Of a DNA stretch of 64,000 nt, positions 36,059 to 49,889 are shown piece by piece. How positions within the stretch are numbered: position 1 is the stretch's first letter; every line of letters begins with the position of its first letter. The translations under genes were made by a program, and so were the position numbers. The notes under the pieces are model-generated. The model was given only the letters and a program-made list of their open reading frames with translations. It was not told where the DNA came from and made no database searches. The DNA lies in assembly GCF_018977255.1 (NCBI RefSeq), contig NW_024704743.1, positions 110,052,001 to 110,116,000 of the forward strand. Direction: 5' to 3'. This DNA comes from Callorhinchus milii (taxonomy: Eukaryota).

Positions 36059-39000
36059 TTGTGTGTCACATACAGGATCTGAGATAAGCAGCAGTGGATT
36101 ATGATGCTATAATCTAAGAGGTTCAGACATATCATGAACTGTGAGAGTTTAGTGAGCCAATCAATGATATTGGATTAGTGGAATCTGGGTTAGACATCCA
36201 GTGGCTTTTACATTCAGTGGCCATCATTTGCTTTTGTTTAAATTTTACTCTGTCTGATTATTTTCTAATTGTCTCCCCACTGACATCCTCCTCGCTGCTC
36301 CTTCTCTGGCCTCCTGTTGCTAAATGGCACGGTTCCATGAATGCTGGTTACCCTCCTCTATCCCCCATGTGTTTATGTGTGAGCCTCAGCGCTGATTGTC
36401 GACAGGTCACTCTACCGTAAAGGGTGCCACAGCCAAGTCTGATCTCCACCTACCTGGCTGCCACACAGCCAGATAGAGGGTGCCGCAAAGGGAGCAGACA
36501 ACTGAGCTGGATTTCCCCTCCCTGACCCTAGAAAGACAGGCAAATTTCACCTCACCAAGCAACCCTTTTTCATGTGTTCCAACTGGCACCTTTTAGTGAA
36601 ATTATTGTTGATAATAATAATAAGGAAGAGCATGCAAGTTGTTGCTCTTATTGTTGTCATCATTTGGCATCCAACGTACTGTGCAGCACTTTGCTCTATA
36701 TAATGTAAGTTGTCGTTGTAGTGGAAATTGATCACGAGTGTGTGTTTAACCCCTCCCCCACTCCACAAAACTTCATCTGTGAGAATTCAATCACGCATAG
36801 CTACTTGTAGTAGTCCTGAGAGGAAATCAAAGTTTGACAGTGTCGTTGGGGCGGGAAATACATTTTACACTGTGCAATTTATGTTGCAAATTGGATAAGT
36901 TAAAGGGAACATTGGCTCCTCCATAACTTTGCTTGTAAAAATAATTGCAATTGGTTACAAATCGGATTCTCCTACAAATACGCAGTCACTGCGACACCAC
37001 ACTTTAAGAATACTGATGACGCGCTTTGAGACGCTGTATCAAATGCAAGGGTTAATTTTGTAGAAATATTTGAAAAGGAATATGACTTTTTTTGTGTGGG
37101 GGCGGGGGGAGACGGAGGGGAGTCAAAGCAGTGGGTACTAGATAGAAAGCTCTTTCATAAAGCCAGGTGTCGTTGATATAAATGAAAACAAAGTTGTAGT
37201 CAATTCAAATGCAATTTGAAGTTTCCGCTTAGCAGCTCATTTGCAAGTCCTGATGTAGCACAACATGAAGGCATTTATGATGTGTCTGAAACCAGCCATG
37301 GCATTGCTTCTTCCAACTGAGGCTCTTCCCAGTGGGGTTGCATTGTTGGTGGACTCAGCTTGGTTTTCAAAGCCATTTATCAGTGCTGTGTATCAAAAGC
37401 AGCACTTTTTAACATACTTGGTGGATTATTTATTTCTCACAAGAACAACAGTACAGTGAGGATATATTGAAGTTATCTATTGCTGGGATTTTATTTTCTC
37501 CTTCTTATTCCTGTTTGAATGGACCACAACATTTTTTCTTCATTGATATCAAGCAAATTCTTTTATTATTTATTGATGCAAATCTTCCCTTGGTTAAATG
37601 ACTAGCAGAGTAATTCAAAGCTCAGTTGCGGAGGTTTGGTGGGGGGTGGGGATTATCTGCATAGTTATTTTATAGCATTATATTATCCGTTGAGATTTGC
37701 AATGTTTCGTTAATACAAAACACACACTTTACAATATCTCCTGTAAAGTGCTTTGAGCTGTTATCCCTGAAGTGAAAGATACTAGGATTATTATTTTTAT
37801 TAATAAGTTAGTACTAACTAGTTAGTACATGGAATAGTTATCACAAGCAACTCTCAATTTATTTTACTAATAAACCAAGTTTAAAAAACTGCTATCAGTA
37901 TTTCTTTTGTATCTAAAGATCTTTCCCCCTCTCCGATACCTCACAAGATTATAAGATTGGTTCAGATGAAGGGCCTTTGCCCCATTGATCTCATCCTTCA
38001 AGAATATCTCCCTACCATCCTTCCATCACAGTGTTGAGCTATTTCTTATATGTCCTAGCCTCAAACACCTTTCCTGATGACCTTGTTCCAGTCATTAGCA
38101 ACATGCTTAATGGAGGTCCGCTTTTATGGACCCTGCATTCCAACGGGTCGAACTGTCTGTCTTTGGTACAAGTGTGATTTTCAGATTAATCCATCTTCAT
38201 TATTAATTTGTGGGTTTACACTAACTAGCAGGTGATATTTCATTTAATTTTTTTGCAGAAAAGTTTTGGGAGCCTTTTATAAGCATTGCAATGGCCTTAA
38301 TAATAATTAATTACCTCCTGTCCCTGAATTCCTGTGAAAACGATAGAACCGTGGAGAAATTCCCTCAAGGAGAGGCTCCCCGTTCTCTCAGTGATACGTC
38401 ACATGCAGCGTTCTGATAGACAGAAGGTGAAAGAAAGTGTATTTTTAAAATGTTATTTGGAGATGAAGAGGGCTCCACCTCCCTATCAGAGCTGCCACTT
38501 TGTGTGTAGGTGTGCTGATAGAACCACAGAAGTGCATTGCCGCCTACGTGCAGCCTGAAGTGGCTGCCCACGCCATGCGTGTCTGGCTTTCCAGAGAGCG
38601 AGGTGGTCTGTGGTATCCTGACCCTGGAGAGCTCCCTCCTTGTGCATGTCTGGAATGATAAAGTCGTAGGATAAATGAGGACAGGGAAGAGTGGCATTTT
38701 ATTAAATACAAAAACAAAGATTTGGAGATATGCAATGTAATCTGTGCTTCATCCAAACTTGTGCTCGCCTGGACATTTACCCACATATACCACACCACAC
38801 ACGTGCATACATACACTCATGCATGTACACACACTTACATGTGCACGTAAACACACACATACGCACAAGCACATTCAAGGACAATTACATACACGCACAC
38901 ACAGACACACTCAGGCACAGTATGGAAGGAGGCCATTTGGCCCATCAAGTTGTTTGCTGCACATCTGGGTCACTGAATCCCATTTACAGATTTGTTCCTT

Positions 39001-40403
39001 GTACGGTCTCATGTTTCTGGGATTAGGTGAACAGGGTGCATCCCTCCGGGGAGAGAGCACTCCATTCAAGTCAAACGGAGGGCATAAGACGTGGAGCTCT
39101 CAGTAGCTAGAAGACTCTTAAACATGGTGTGGTGGGTTTCCACGTGAGTCAGATTACACCGGTTTAATGGTGTTAAAAAACACCATTAAATTCCTGCTGA
39201 AGTGCAAAAGGTCACAAGATTAGTTTGAAGAAACCCTTCCAGTACACTCGCCATATTGTCCCCCCATCACAGCATCAAGTCCAGTGTCCTGAGCTCAGCT
39301 ACCTTTCCTGGCAACCTGTTCCAGGTGTTGACCCTCTGTGTAAAGAAATACTTCCTGGTGTCTGTCTTGAAATTGCCTTTTTCTACTCTAAATCTGCACC
39401 CTCTTGCTCTGCTGGCCCGGCCTGTTATTTTGATGCAGTCTGGAAAGAGGCTGTACGTTCTACGGGTTATTTTGGCTTGATCGACACTTGCATTACTTGA
39501 CGCGTAGCAGTTTAGATTATTTTGGGTATCTTTACAATTACATCACTTTCTTTGGGAAAACAAAAGGAAGGGAAATACAGTAGTAGCTGCTGAATCCTAC
39601 AAAGCGAACAGCCTCCGAATGGAACAGATATTTTAACATTGACTAAGCTACCTGTGGGGAGTAAAGTAAAGTGAGCCCCAGTTTCTCAGATTTGTATTCC
39701 TGTATTGTCAGATGCTTGTAGATTTGCGGTGTGCAGGGGATGTGAACACCTTTCTTTTTTAATGTTTGAGGATTACTTTTGCGTAGGCATTTATTTATGT
39801 GCATTAAAAATAAATCTCACGGTGAACTGTCAGTCTGATTTTTGCAGTGTTTATTTTTGCCTCATGTTTATTATATACTTATATCATTTATTTATTTATG
39901 TGTGTGTGTGTGTGTAATGTGTCTGATCCATATTTCTATTAATGCCAACGATTATTCTGAATAGGAATGTGCTGAGCTGTCAATCAGTGTGTCTAAAAAC
40001 GTTGCATTCGTTTGGTGGAGAGGATTTTTTTCAGGATTAAAAAATATTAGTCTTAAGAGTAATAATAATTAATAATTGTTTTGTTGATGGTGAGGTGGGA
40101 GGGGGGGGGGGGGGGAGGGGGTTCCTACACCTTTTCCGAGGCTTTTGCATTAGCATTTGCCTGATCTTTGAACACAAAGCAACACTGGGTCTGATTTGCA
40201 GAGTGCAGGTGTGTGTGTGTGTGTGAGGTTTGTTTGCAGAAAAATGCAATGCTTTTTCAACCCCTCTTTTTTTTTTCGTGTGGGGCTTCGTTCTCGAAAG
40301 GTTCTGACGCAGACCGAAGGAATGCAAATACCGTATTGTGGTGCGTATATCGGATTAATCGCATTTCTCCCTTTCTCTCCGGGGCGTGTGTTGCAAATGC
40401 CAG

Positions 40404-40530
40404 CGCTGCTGCACAGGGGGTCTGGTCCAACCGCGGCTGCAAGACTCTCCCCATCGACTCCGCTCGCACCCGATGCTCGTGTGACCGACTCTCCAGGTTC
40501 GCCATATTGGCTCAGCTTTCTCCAGATTCG
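40404..40530 (+). CDS. ADGRB1: ADGRB1 exon (approx. human exon 18), GPS motif: [42 protein letters not shown]
   Basis: First AG after the pyrimidine tract (gccag|) gives the required phase 2; |gtaagt donor; 127 nt; W..GC...C.C..L/S.FA GPS signature. The 5' boundary is slightly less certain than the 3'. Confidence 0.92.
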
Positions 40531-43500
40531 GTAAGTCCTTCGAAATGCTGCGGCTTTTCCTGTGGGTTTTTTTTTTGGGGGGTGGGGGGGGGGGGTGGGG
40601 GGTTAGTGCAAACGCAGACCCCCCCCCCCCCCACCACCACCACACACACACACACACACACCCACCCGTTTGTTTTTGGCCACAGGGAATGTATCCAAAA
40701 GGGGGGAAGCGGTCGAGACATTGTAGCTCTGTGACCGTCTGTGTCATTGTTGATGCGAAACGTTCATTGCCTTCACCTTCTGCTCCATTCATTCATTCAG
40801 TCATTCAGTTCAGTTCAGTTCAATTCATTCGCTGGACACACACACCACACACCACACACCACACCACACACACACACCACACACTTACTTACTTGACTTG
40901 GAAAATAATAAAATCACTTTCTTTCCAATTGCAAATAATTCATGGCTTGAGCCCTCTCCCCCCCCACAAAAAAAAACAGCTGTGTGTGTGTGTGTGTATG
41001 TGCACCTCTGGGTTTTCAATTCATATTTGATGTGCTCCCTTTGCTTCATTTGTGTGTGGATTAAAGGGTTAAAACACATACCACACACACACACACACAC
41101 ACACACACAATGATAAAACCCACATCAGCATTCAGTTTTTTCTATTCAGAGTATCAAATGCAAGGATCGTTATTCATTTAAAAATATAAATATTTCCAAA
41201 TGCTGTGAGGTATTTATTACAGTGGAGTTGGCAGAGTGTCACATTTCCTTTTGTCACTGTAGGTCATATGTGCAATACAATATATGGTACAATATATGGT
41301 AACAAATGCATTTTTTTAAAGCCTGCATAGTAATGGATTATTGGCGAGCCAACTCTGTTTTTAGATGCACAGTGTTTTTTTTTTATCGTCTAAACGCTTT
41401 TTAATGTCATGAAAATTCGTATTAATATTTCAGGTGCCTTGGGCTCATTACATATCAATTGCTTATTTACACTGCGTGCAAAACGGGCTGGCTGCATAAT
41501 GAGTGCAAAGCCATAAGTGCTATTTTACTTTGATACATCAGCGCAGGTCTTAAAACGCTCTTTCCCATCAGAGCACTAAAACTCAATGCTGCAGGTGTGT
41601 GCTTAAGATGTGTTAGATGCTGTCTCCCCCCTACCCCTCCTCCTCCTCAGTGTTTGACTCCGTCACTGGACAGTACCCAAGACGTTATCCTACGTGAAGA
41701 GCACTCTTTAAATGCACATTGTTGTTGTTTCACGTGTGAGTGTGTGTGTGTCTTTTTACTGCTGGATTTCAAGTCAATGCAGTTTTGATTTTAACACTGG
41801 TGATGTGTGTATATTAACAGCTTGTGTTGTTTTCAAATGATTGGTATCATAATACAATAGCACACGAGGTCCAAATTTCAGATGATCAGATAGATGCACC
41901 ATCATCGCTAAGAAGAACATAAGAACATAAGAGTCAGGAGCAGGAGTAGGCCATTCGGCCCTTCATGCCTGCTCCGCCATTCAATAAGATCATGGCTGAT
42001 CTTCTCACCTAACTCTGATTACCTGCCCTATCCCCATATCCCCTAATCCCTCTATTTTTCAAGAAAGAAAACGTAAGCTTCTGCACAAAAGAGCTTCTTG
42101 GTTAAACTAGTACATCCTCCCGACGTGAAAGGCGCTATACAAATGTAATCTTGTTGTTGTTGTTGTACTTCATCCCCAATGGCTAGTGATGCTGTTTTAA
42201 CTGGTTAAAATTACCCCAGTAAACACTGGGTTCCCCAAGCATTGGCTTTTGCCAACTTGCCCCTAATACTCACCGGAATTAGGTAAACAGGGTGCTTCCC
42301 TCCGGGGAGAGAGTGCACATTCCAGACAAGGGAATTCCCACGGTGTAGATGGGATGCGTGGAATTCTCAGTTTGGTTTAGTTATTCTTAAGCATGGTGAT
42401 GTTTTTCCACATGTGTCAGACATCCAGCTGCCAAAAAAAATCCTCAATTTTTTTTGCCTCACATTGTTAATTGGAGATGATAAGTTGGTTTCTAGTTATA
42501 ATAATAATTCTTGCATTTGATATAGCATCTTTCCCATCAAGAAGACGTCTTAAAATGCTTCACAGGATTTTACTTTAAAGTTTAGTGACTGTATTATGTA
42601 GTCGATTTTCAGCCAAGGTACGTGAAAAGACACATTACTATTGGCTGTGGAAGTACGGACTTGAACTGGTTTGATTTTGACCCATTTTTATCAACGCTAA
42701 GGGTGGAATTAAATCTGGACTGTAAATGGAGCAAGATGCTTTTTGACATCTAATCTCGTTCTTGCCCTTGAGCTCGGCAATAACAGATCTTTCCAAATTA
42801 ACAGGTGTGTAGAAGAAACAAAGATATATTTTGATGGTGTTGAAATGTCTCAAAGCGCTTCCAAAGCAATCATTGTGACTTTTTTTTGTAATTATCACGG
42901 CCATTTTTCTCACATCTATGTCCCACAGACAGTCATGAGGTGCATTTATCTGTGTGTGTGGGTGGTGTGTGGGTGGTGAAATTCTGCCTACATCTGCCTT
43001 TTCTGGTGTGGAGAAGGGAGTTTCTCCTGATGTCCTGGTCAACAAATCCCAAGAAAATAATTGCTTCATAGCTCTTTATTCGACTTTGGTGTGAGCAAAT
43101 TCATTGCTGCACTTGACGATGTAAAAAAAACACTTCCATTTATATAGTGCCCTTCATGCAGGGTAACATCCCAGAGAACTTAAGGTATCAAATGCAAAGA
43201 TTCTTATTATTATAGAGACCTTTAAAAATGATGAGGGGTTTTGATAGAGTCGATAAGGAGAAATTATTTCCAGTGGTAAATGAGTAAATGCCTGGAGGGG
43301 ATCTGTTTAACATAAGATAGCAAAGGAGCAAAAAAAGCATCAAGCTGTTTTTTAAATGAGTCCCAGCGTCCTGGCATCAAATACCCTTCCTGGCAACCTG
43401 TTCCAGTCATTGATTACCCGCTGTGTAAAGAAATACTTCCTGGTGTGAATTCAAATTGCCCTTTACAAATCTAAACCTATGTGCTCTTGTTCTATTGCCT

Positions 43501-45908
43501 TGGTGCATCCTAAAGTTTTGTTCGGGGTTTACTTTCTCAATCCTATTTAAACTTTTATGCACCACCATGAGAGGTCAAAGAAGGAGTAAATGCTCTTACT
43601 AACAAACTATGTAGTTTCAATTGGTTATATTTCAACAGTACCTTAACTACACTCAGGGGTCCCCAAGCCTTGGCTTTTGCCAATGTGCGCCTAAAACTCT
43701 GGAATCAGGTGAGCAGGATGTGTCCCTCCAGAGAGAGTGCACGTACATTCCATTGCATTCACTGGGAAAATTTCCATGTTTAAGTGGTATATGGTGTCTT
43801 GTTTGATATCCAGCTGTCTTTCAAACCTCATATCAGTGCTTTTACCGACTCAGCTTTCCCTCACCTCTGTAACATTGAGGGACTAGCTCTTGGCACTATC
43901 TGGCATTATCTCTTCCCTTGGGCTGCCAAGACCCTCATCCATGATTTTATCACATCCAGGCTTCACTACACCTCTTTCCTACATAAACTGCAGTCCACAT
44001 AGAACTCTACAGCCCGTGCCCTATCCCACATCTGGCTCCACATCCCTATCACCACCATTCATACTTGGCTCTAGTAGCTCCCTACTGCCAGAGGATCCAA
44101 ATCCTCATCTTCACCTTCAAAGCCCTTCACGATCTCACCCCTCGCTACCTTTGTGACCTTCTTCGACCCGTCTGACCCGGTCGTTCCCTTCACTTCAAGC
44201 CCTCCACCCTGTCCACCACACAATCGGCGGGCGGGCTTTCAGCCATTCTGCCCTCGCTCTCTGGAACTCCAACCCGGAATCCCACTGACTCACTTTTTCC
44301 CTCACCGTTTTCAAGTTCTGTCTCAAGATAATAATAATAATATTCTTTGCATTTGATATAGTGTCTTATTACATCTTCGAGACATCTCAAAGCATTTCAC
44401 AGAATATATTGTAAATGTCCCGCTTTGACTGCGCGTTTGATCATCTTTCCCTTGTCCACCCTATCAGCTTCCAGCTCAAGTGCTCAGCCAACATTGTCAA
44501 GCCCTTTGAGATGTCCTGCTGAAGTGAAAGGCACTATATAAATGTAAATTGTACTGTGTGTCTATATGTGTAACTCTCAGTTTGACTTGGATAATCTTAA
44601 ACGCAATGATGGGTTTCCGTATGTGTCAGACACTCACTCAGCTGACCAGAAAAAAGAGAGGGAGTAAGAGAGAAGAGAGGGAATGAGGCAGAGAGTTGTA
44701 CGAAGAAAGTTACAAAGGTAGGGAAAGAAGCGGAGGGAGTGTGAAAGTGACTGAAAGCTCTTGGGCAGGGGCGGAGATGTGACATCACCCCCAGCATTAT
44801 TTTGTAAGAAAACCTGTGTTTGACCAACACTGAAGTGTTGGATCACCCCAATGTAGCTCCTGACCTTAGTCAACAAACAGTGATCCCCAGCAGCTTAGAT
44901 TGTGTCCCAAGACATCCTCTGTGCTAGAGACAGTGATTTCAGTGGGCTCATCCCTGGAATAGAATCCAATAATAAAAATAATGATAATAATAATCCTCAC
45001 ATTTGATGTAGCTCCGATATCCCACTGTGTTAAATCCCTGTGTTGCGAAAGGATTTGCTTTATTTAATCTTCTTCCACTGAATTCTGAATATTTCGAAAA
45101 GGTTTGCAGACCTGAAACTGAACCACAAGTTTCCCTTTCTACCAAGTTGGTTTCTTTTCATCGACTGGGGACTAGGTATCAGATAATAATAATCCTTGCA
45201 TTTGATATAGCACCTTATCACGTCTTCAAGACGTCTCAAAGCGCTTCACAGAATATACTGCAAAGTGAATTGACTGTATATTTTATGGGTGGCTGGGGAC
45301 GATGATTTGTGCCCCTCAGTCTGTCTCGCTTGACGAGTGACTTGTTAGCATGTTCTGATCTTTTAGTCCGTTCTCATCTGTGAAGTTTCTGTTCATCTGT
45401 TAGACACGCGCTTGGTGCTCCTCTTACGATTTGTCGTCATTTCATTTCTAATTTAAAAGATTGAGATGTCTTCAAATCGCGTGGTGCCACTTCAGCACAC
45501 AACTTTCCCTCACCCGACCTGCCTGCCACCCATCCCCTGATCTCCAGGGTAACAAACCCAGATATTTATTTATTACTTCCATATTATATACAAGTTTATT
45601 ATTTTAATTCCAGGAACTTGAGCTCACAGTCTAGGCTGACAGTCCAGTGCATTGCTGGGAGGAATGCCTCATTGCAAAAGGTGTCATTCTTCAGTTGAGA
45701 CATTCAACAGTGTTTGCCTCCAAAATATACAGTCACTACTCTTTAAAGTAAATTCTGTGAAGAGCTTTGAGTCATTTTGATGTTATAGTTATGTCAAACA
45801 TTTTACTTGTGCATAAAATTATTTACGATAATGATATTTCAAAAGATAGTATATTCTGGTGACTAAGCACAGCTGTTGAGCTTGTGTGCTGTGTATATCT
45901 GTGGTGTT

Positions 45909-47222
45909 CTGTGGTCACTGTGTGTGCGACTGGGGGGCTGTGGTCGCTGTGTGTGCGACTGGGGGGCTGTGGTCGCTGTGTGTGTGACTGGGGGGCTGCG
46001 GTCGCTGGGTGTGCGACTGGGGGGCTGTGGTCACTGTGTGTGCGACTGGGGGGCTGTGGTCGCTGTGTGTGGGGAGGCGGCTGTGGTTGCTGTGTGTGTG
46101 ACTGGGGGGCTGCGGTCGCTGGGTGTGCGACTCGGGGGCTGCGGTCGCTGGGTGTGCGACTGGGGGGCTGCGGTCGCTGTGTGTGCGACTGGGGGACTGT
46201 GGTCGCTGTGTGTGCGACTGGGGGGCTGTGGTCGATGTGTGTGCGACTGGGGGGCTGTGGTCGCTGTGTGTGCGACTGGGGGGCTGTGGTCGCTGTGTGC
46301 GCGACTGGGGGGCTGTGGTCGCTGTGTGTGCGACTGGGGGGCTGTGGTCGCTGTGTGTGCGACTGGGGGGCTGTGGTCGCTGTGTGTGCGACTGGGGGGC
46401 TGTGGTCGCTGTGTGTGCGACTGGGGGGCTGTGGTCGCTGTGAGTGCGAGTGGGGGGCTGTGGTCGCTGTGTGGCACTGGCGCCCTGTCCCAGAGGGATC
46501 GACTTCAAGATCCTCATTCCTTGTCTTCAAATCCCTCCACTCCTCTGCACCCTCCTACCTCTCTGACCTCCTCTCTCCTCAAAACAGTGCCCGTTGGCTT
46601 CGTTCCTCTGAGTCTGGCCTCCTCCTTGTCCCCCGAGTCCTCCACTCCACCCTCGGCAGCCGTGCCTTCAGCCACTATGCCCCGAGGCTCTGGAACTCCC
46701 TTCCTCACTCTCTTCGCCTCAACCCCTCTCTTCCTATTTTCAGGTATCTGCTGAAGACCTTTCTTTTCGACTGCACCTTTGGTCATCTTCCTCCCCCTCC
46801 CCCTGGCTCGGCCCCGGGATCCGTTACTGTGAAGCACTCTGAGACGCCATCCAGCGTGGAGGGCGCTATATAAATCCAAGTTGTTGTTGTGTGTGACTGG
46901 GGGGTTGTAGTCACTGTGTGTGCACTGGGGGCTGTGGTCACTGTGTGTGCGACTGGGGGGCTGTGGTCGCTGTGTGTGCACTGGGGGCTGTGGTCACTGT
47001 GTGTGCGACTGGGGGGCTATAGTCACTGTGTGTGCACTGGGGGCTGTGGTCACTGTGTGTGCGACTGGGGTGCTGTGGTCACTGTGTGTGCGACTGGGGG
47101 GCTATAGTCACTGTGTGTGCACTGGGGGCTGTGGTCACTGTGTGTGCGACTGGGGGGCTGTGGTCACTGTGTGTGCGACTGGGGGGGCTGTGATCACTGT
47201 GTGTGCGACTGGGGGGCTGTGG
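45909..47222. repeat. 29-bp G-rich minisatellite (gactggggggctgtggtcgctgtgtgtgc) in two arms, ~45909-46472 and ~46891-47222
   Basis: Tandem units read directly; the right arm also has 27-bp variants. Confidence 0.95.
46475..46890 (+). mobile_element. L2 3' fragment inserted in a minisatellite
   Basis: HW.PV...FKSLHSSAPSYLSDLL...RAFSHYAPRLWNSLP; tail caagttgttgtt. Confidence 0.9.
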
Positions 47223-49889
47223 TATGGTTTATGGAAACCATAGAAACCTTAGAAATGTACTAGAAGGATGGAGGTCATTTAGCCTAGCCTCTCCTGCCTT
47301 AGCCAGCTCTCCATCTCCCTCTTGGCAGCATATGGAATCTTGCTTGTTGACAAAAGCACAGTCAACATTACACTTAATCATACTAAATAATCCTTGCATT
47401 TGATACAGCACCTATTCACGTTGAAATATCTTGTAGTGCTTCACAGGCAATTGCTTTAAAATGACTGGTGACTACAACAGTCGACTGTGTATTCTGTAGG
47501 TGAATACGGCAGCTAATTTTCACACAGCAAAAAACAGCCATGAAGTGAATGACCAATTTTAGCTGGAGGACTGTCACCCAGGACACCAGGGGAGAAAATC
47601 TCTTTTCTTTTCCCAGTGTCAAGGGACTGACAGCAATTGCTTGCGATGCACTTTTGAGACGTCACACTCTTGGCATGGCTTTGAGACTCAACCCATGATT
47701 TACTGATCTGGTGCGGTGAACATCAGACCGGCAGTGGAGCTGAAAATTTGAGCCTGTCACTGTTTATTCGTTTAATGTTGTTTTATTATTTCTTCGGCAC
47801 TGTTTTTGCCTCAGTCCCCATCAGATGGATTGATGCTTTGAGGACCCAAAAGGGTAATTATGTCAGTGTTGTAGATTAGCCATTTCCCAGCCATCAGTGG
47901 CCTGGGTTTCTGTGCACCAGCACCTGTGTGTATAGGCACCTAGCAACAAAAACCACTGCATAGCAACACCACCAAGGGTACTCATCACGTGGAGCCTTGT
48001 TTTTGTGATCTTCGAGCAGTTTTGTCAGCCTGCCTCAGTTGGTAATACTCTTGCCTCTGAGTCAGACAGCTGTAGGTTTAAGCCCTCACATCAGGACTTT
48101 GAAATCACTTAATCTAGACTGACACTCCATTCCAGTGTAGTGCTGGGGTGGGAGCGCTGTGTTGTCAGCCGTGCCATCCATCAGATGAGACGCTATACTG
48201 AGGTCATGTCTTCCTGCTCAGGTGCAGGTTAAAGTTATCATGGCAACTATTTGATAAAAGAGGTGGTTCAGTCCCAATTATGGTAAAACTCGCATAAATC
48301 TGATCTGTATAAACAGTATAATCAACAACAGCAACTGGCATCTTTATCTCCACGCTGGGCGACGTCCCAAAGCGCTTAACAGTGATGTAGTCCGATGCCG
48401 AGCCAGGGGGAGGCTGAAGTGGATTATAGGCATGGTTGACGAGGGAGGTCTTTTGGCGCAATCTGAAAATGGGGAAAGAGGGAGCAGGCTGAAGCGATTG
48501 AGAGAGGGAGTTCCATAGCTTTGAGGTGTAGTGGCTGAAGGCACGGCCGCCAACGGTGGAGTGGAGGATTCAAGTGACAAGGAGGGGGCCGGAGCCAGTA
48601 GAGCGGAGGCAGCGGTTACTGTTGTGAGGAGAGAGGAGGTTGGAGAGATAGGATGGTGCCAAGGAATGGAGGGATTTAAACACTAGAATGAGGATCTTGA
48701 AGTCGATCCGCTCTGTGACAGGGAGCCAGTGGAGTTTGGCAAGGACTGAAGTAGTCGGGGTGCGGAGCTTAATGCAGGTGAGAATGCAGGCAGCGAAGTT
48801 TTAGATGAGTTAAATTTTGTGAACAGTGGAGAAGTGGAGACTGGCAAGGAGCGTGTTTGAGTAGTTGAGAGAGATAGCACCTCTCTGAACCGCAGGACAG
48901 AAGATGTCGATGGGAGCCAAAGAGTATGGCTTCCGTCTTGTTGACGTCTTGTTAATCGCCTAAGTTGTACAAAATATAAAGTCAATTCACATTACAGTGT
49001 ATTCTGTGAAGGGCTTTGAGGGCTAGAAAACGTGATAAGACGCTATATCAAATATAAGCATTATTATTATTTTCTTCCCAAATCGCATGAAGAGTTTATA
49101 ATTTATGCAAGTTTGACATAACACATACTTTGCATAAGTCATACTATAAATGTATGGTCCCAACTGAAACAACTCATGTGAGGTTTACTGTACCTGTACT
49201 GCCTCCCCTGACCCTCCCCCCCCAACCCTTGTAAAGTGTTCCTTTCTAGATGTCTATCTGCTTCCCTCTTGAAAGCTAATATGGATCCTGTCTCTATTAC
49301 CGTACCCTCTGAGACATCTCTAGTCAAAGCTGAGGAGCCCTCACTGTTCCTCATTATTAATATGCAGGCAAGCAATAATTTATGAAAATGAAGCTTGGGC
49401 GCAGTTAATCCTCGCTGAGGGATTTGCTTTATATTTGCACTGCAATAATTAGATGCGGATATTAAGCCATAAAAATGGTAACTGTGTATTGGAATTGATG
49501 TAAAATTGTATTTCTGCATAATTGTCCTGTGCAGGCTGGTAATTGCCGAGGAGTCAAAGGGAGATTTGACTCACTTTAATACTGTAGTTGTGCTCTCAGT
49601 ATATCTGCTGTCTAATTCCTCTCTGATTCTCATTCCCCATGTTCTCCAAAGCCACCACTGGACAATTGTTTAAAGCATGTGTCTTTAGCAACAAAGCACT
49701 TGCATTTCCACACCTCTAATAATCTCCACTTACAAAATACACAGTAACAATACACAGTCACTACACTTTACAGTAAATCCTATGAACTGCTTAAGGCATC
49801 CTCCCGATGTGAAAGATGCTACATCAAATGCCTGGATTATTGTTATTCCAAACTTGCTTGAGACGTTCCTTTTACATGGTAAAACTCCT

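Noticed and set aside
39163..39190. Perfect 12-bp hairpin tttaatggtgtt/aacaccattaaa
   Set aside because: Too short and AT-rich, and at the end of a repeat; no support for function
45823..46873. Long Cys/Gly/Val-rich or Pro/Thr/His-rich ORFs on both strands
   Set aside because: Translations of the stop-poor 29-bp minisatellite plus an L2 fragment, not genes
45909..47222. CRISPR-like regular repeats; RAG heptamer CACTGTG in some units
   Set aside because: Units are head-to-tail with no unique spacers, the DNA is vertebrate, and no nonamer is evident at 12/23 spacing
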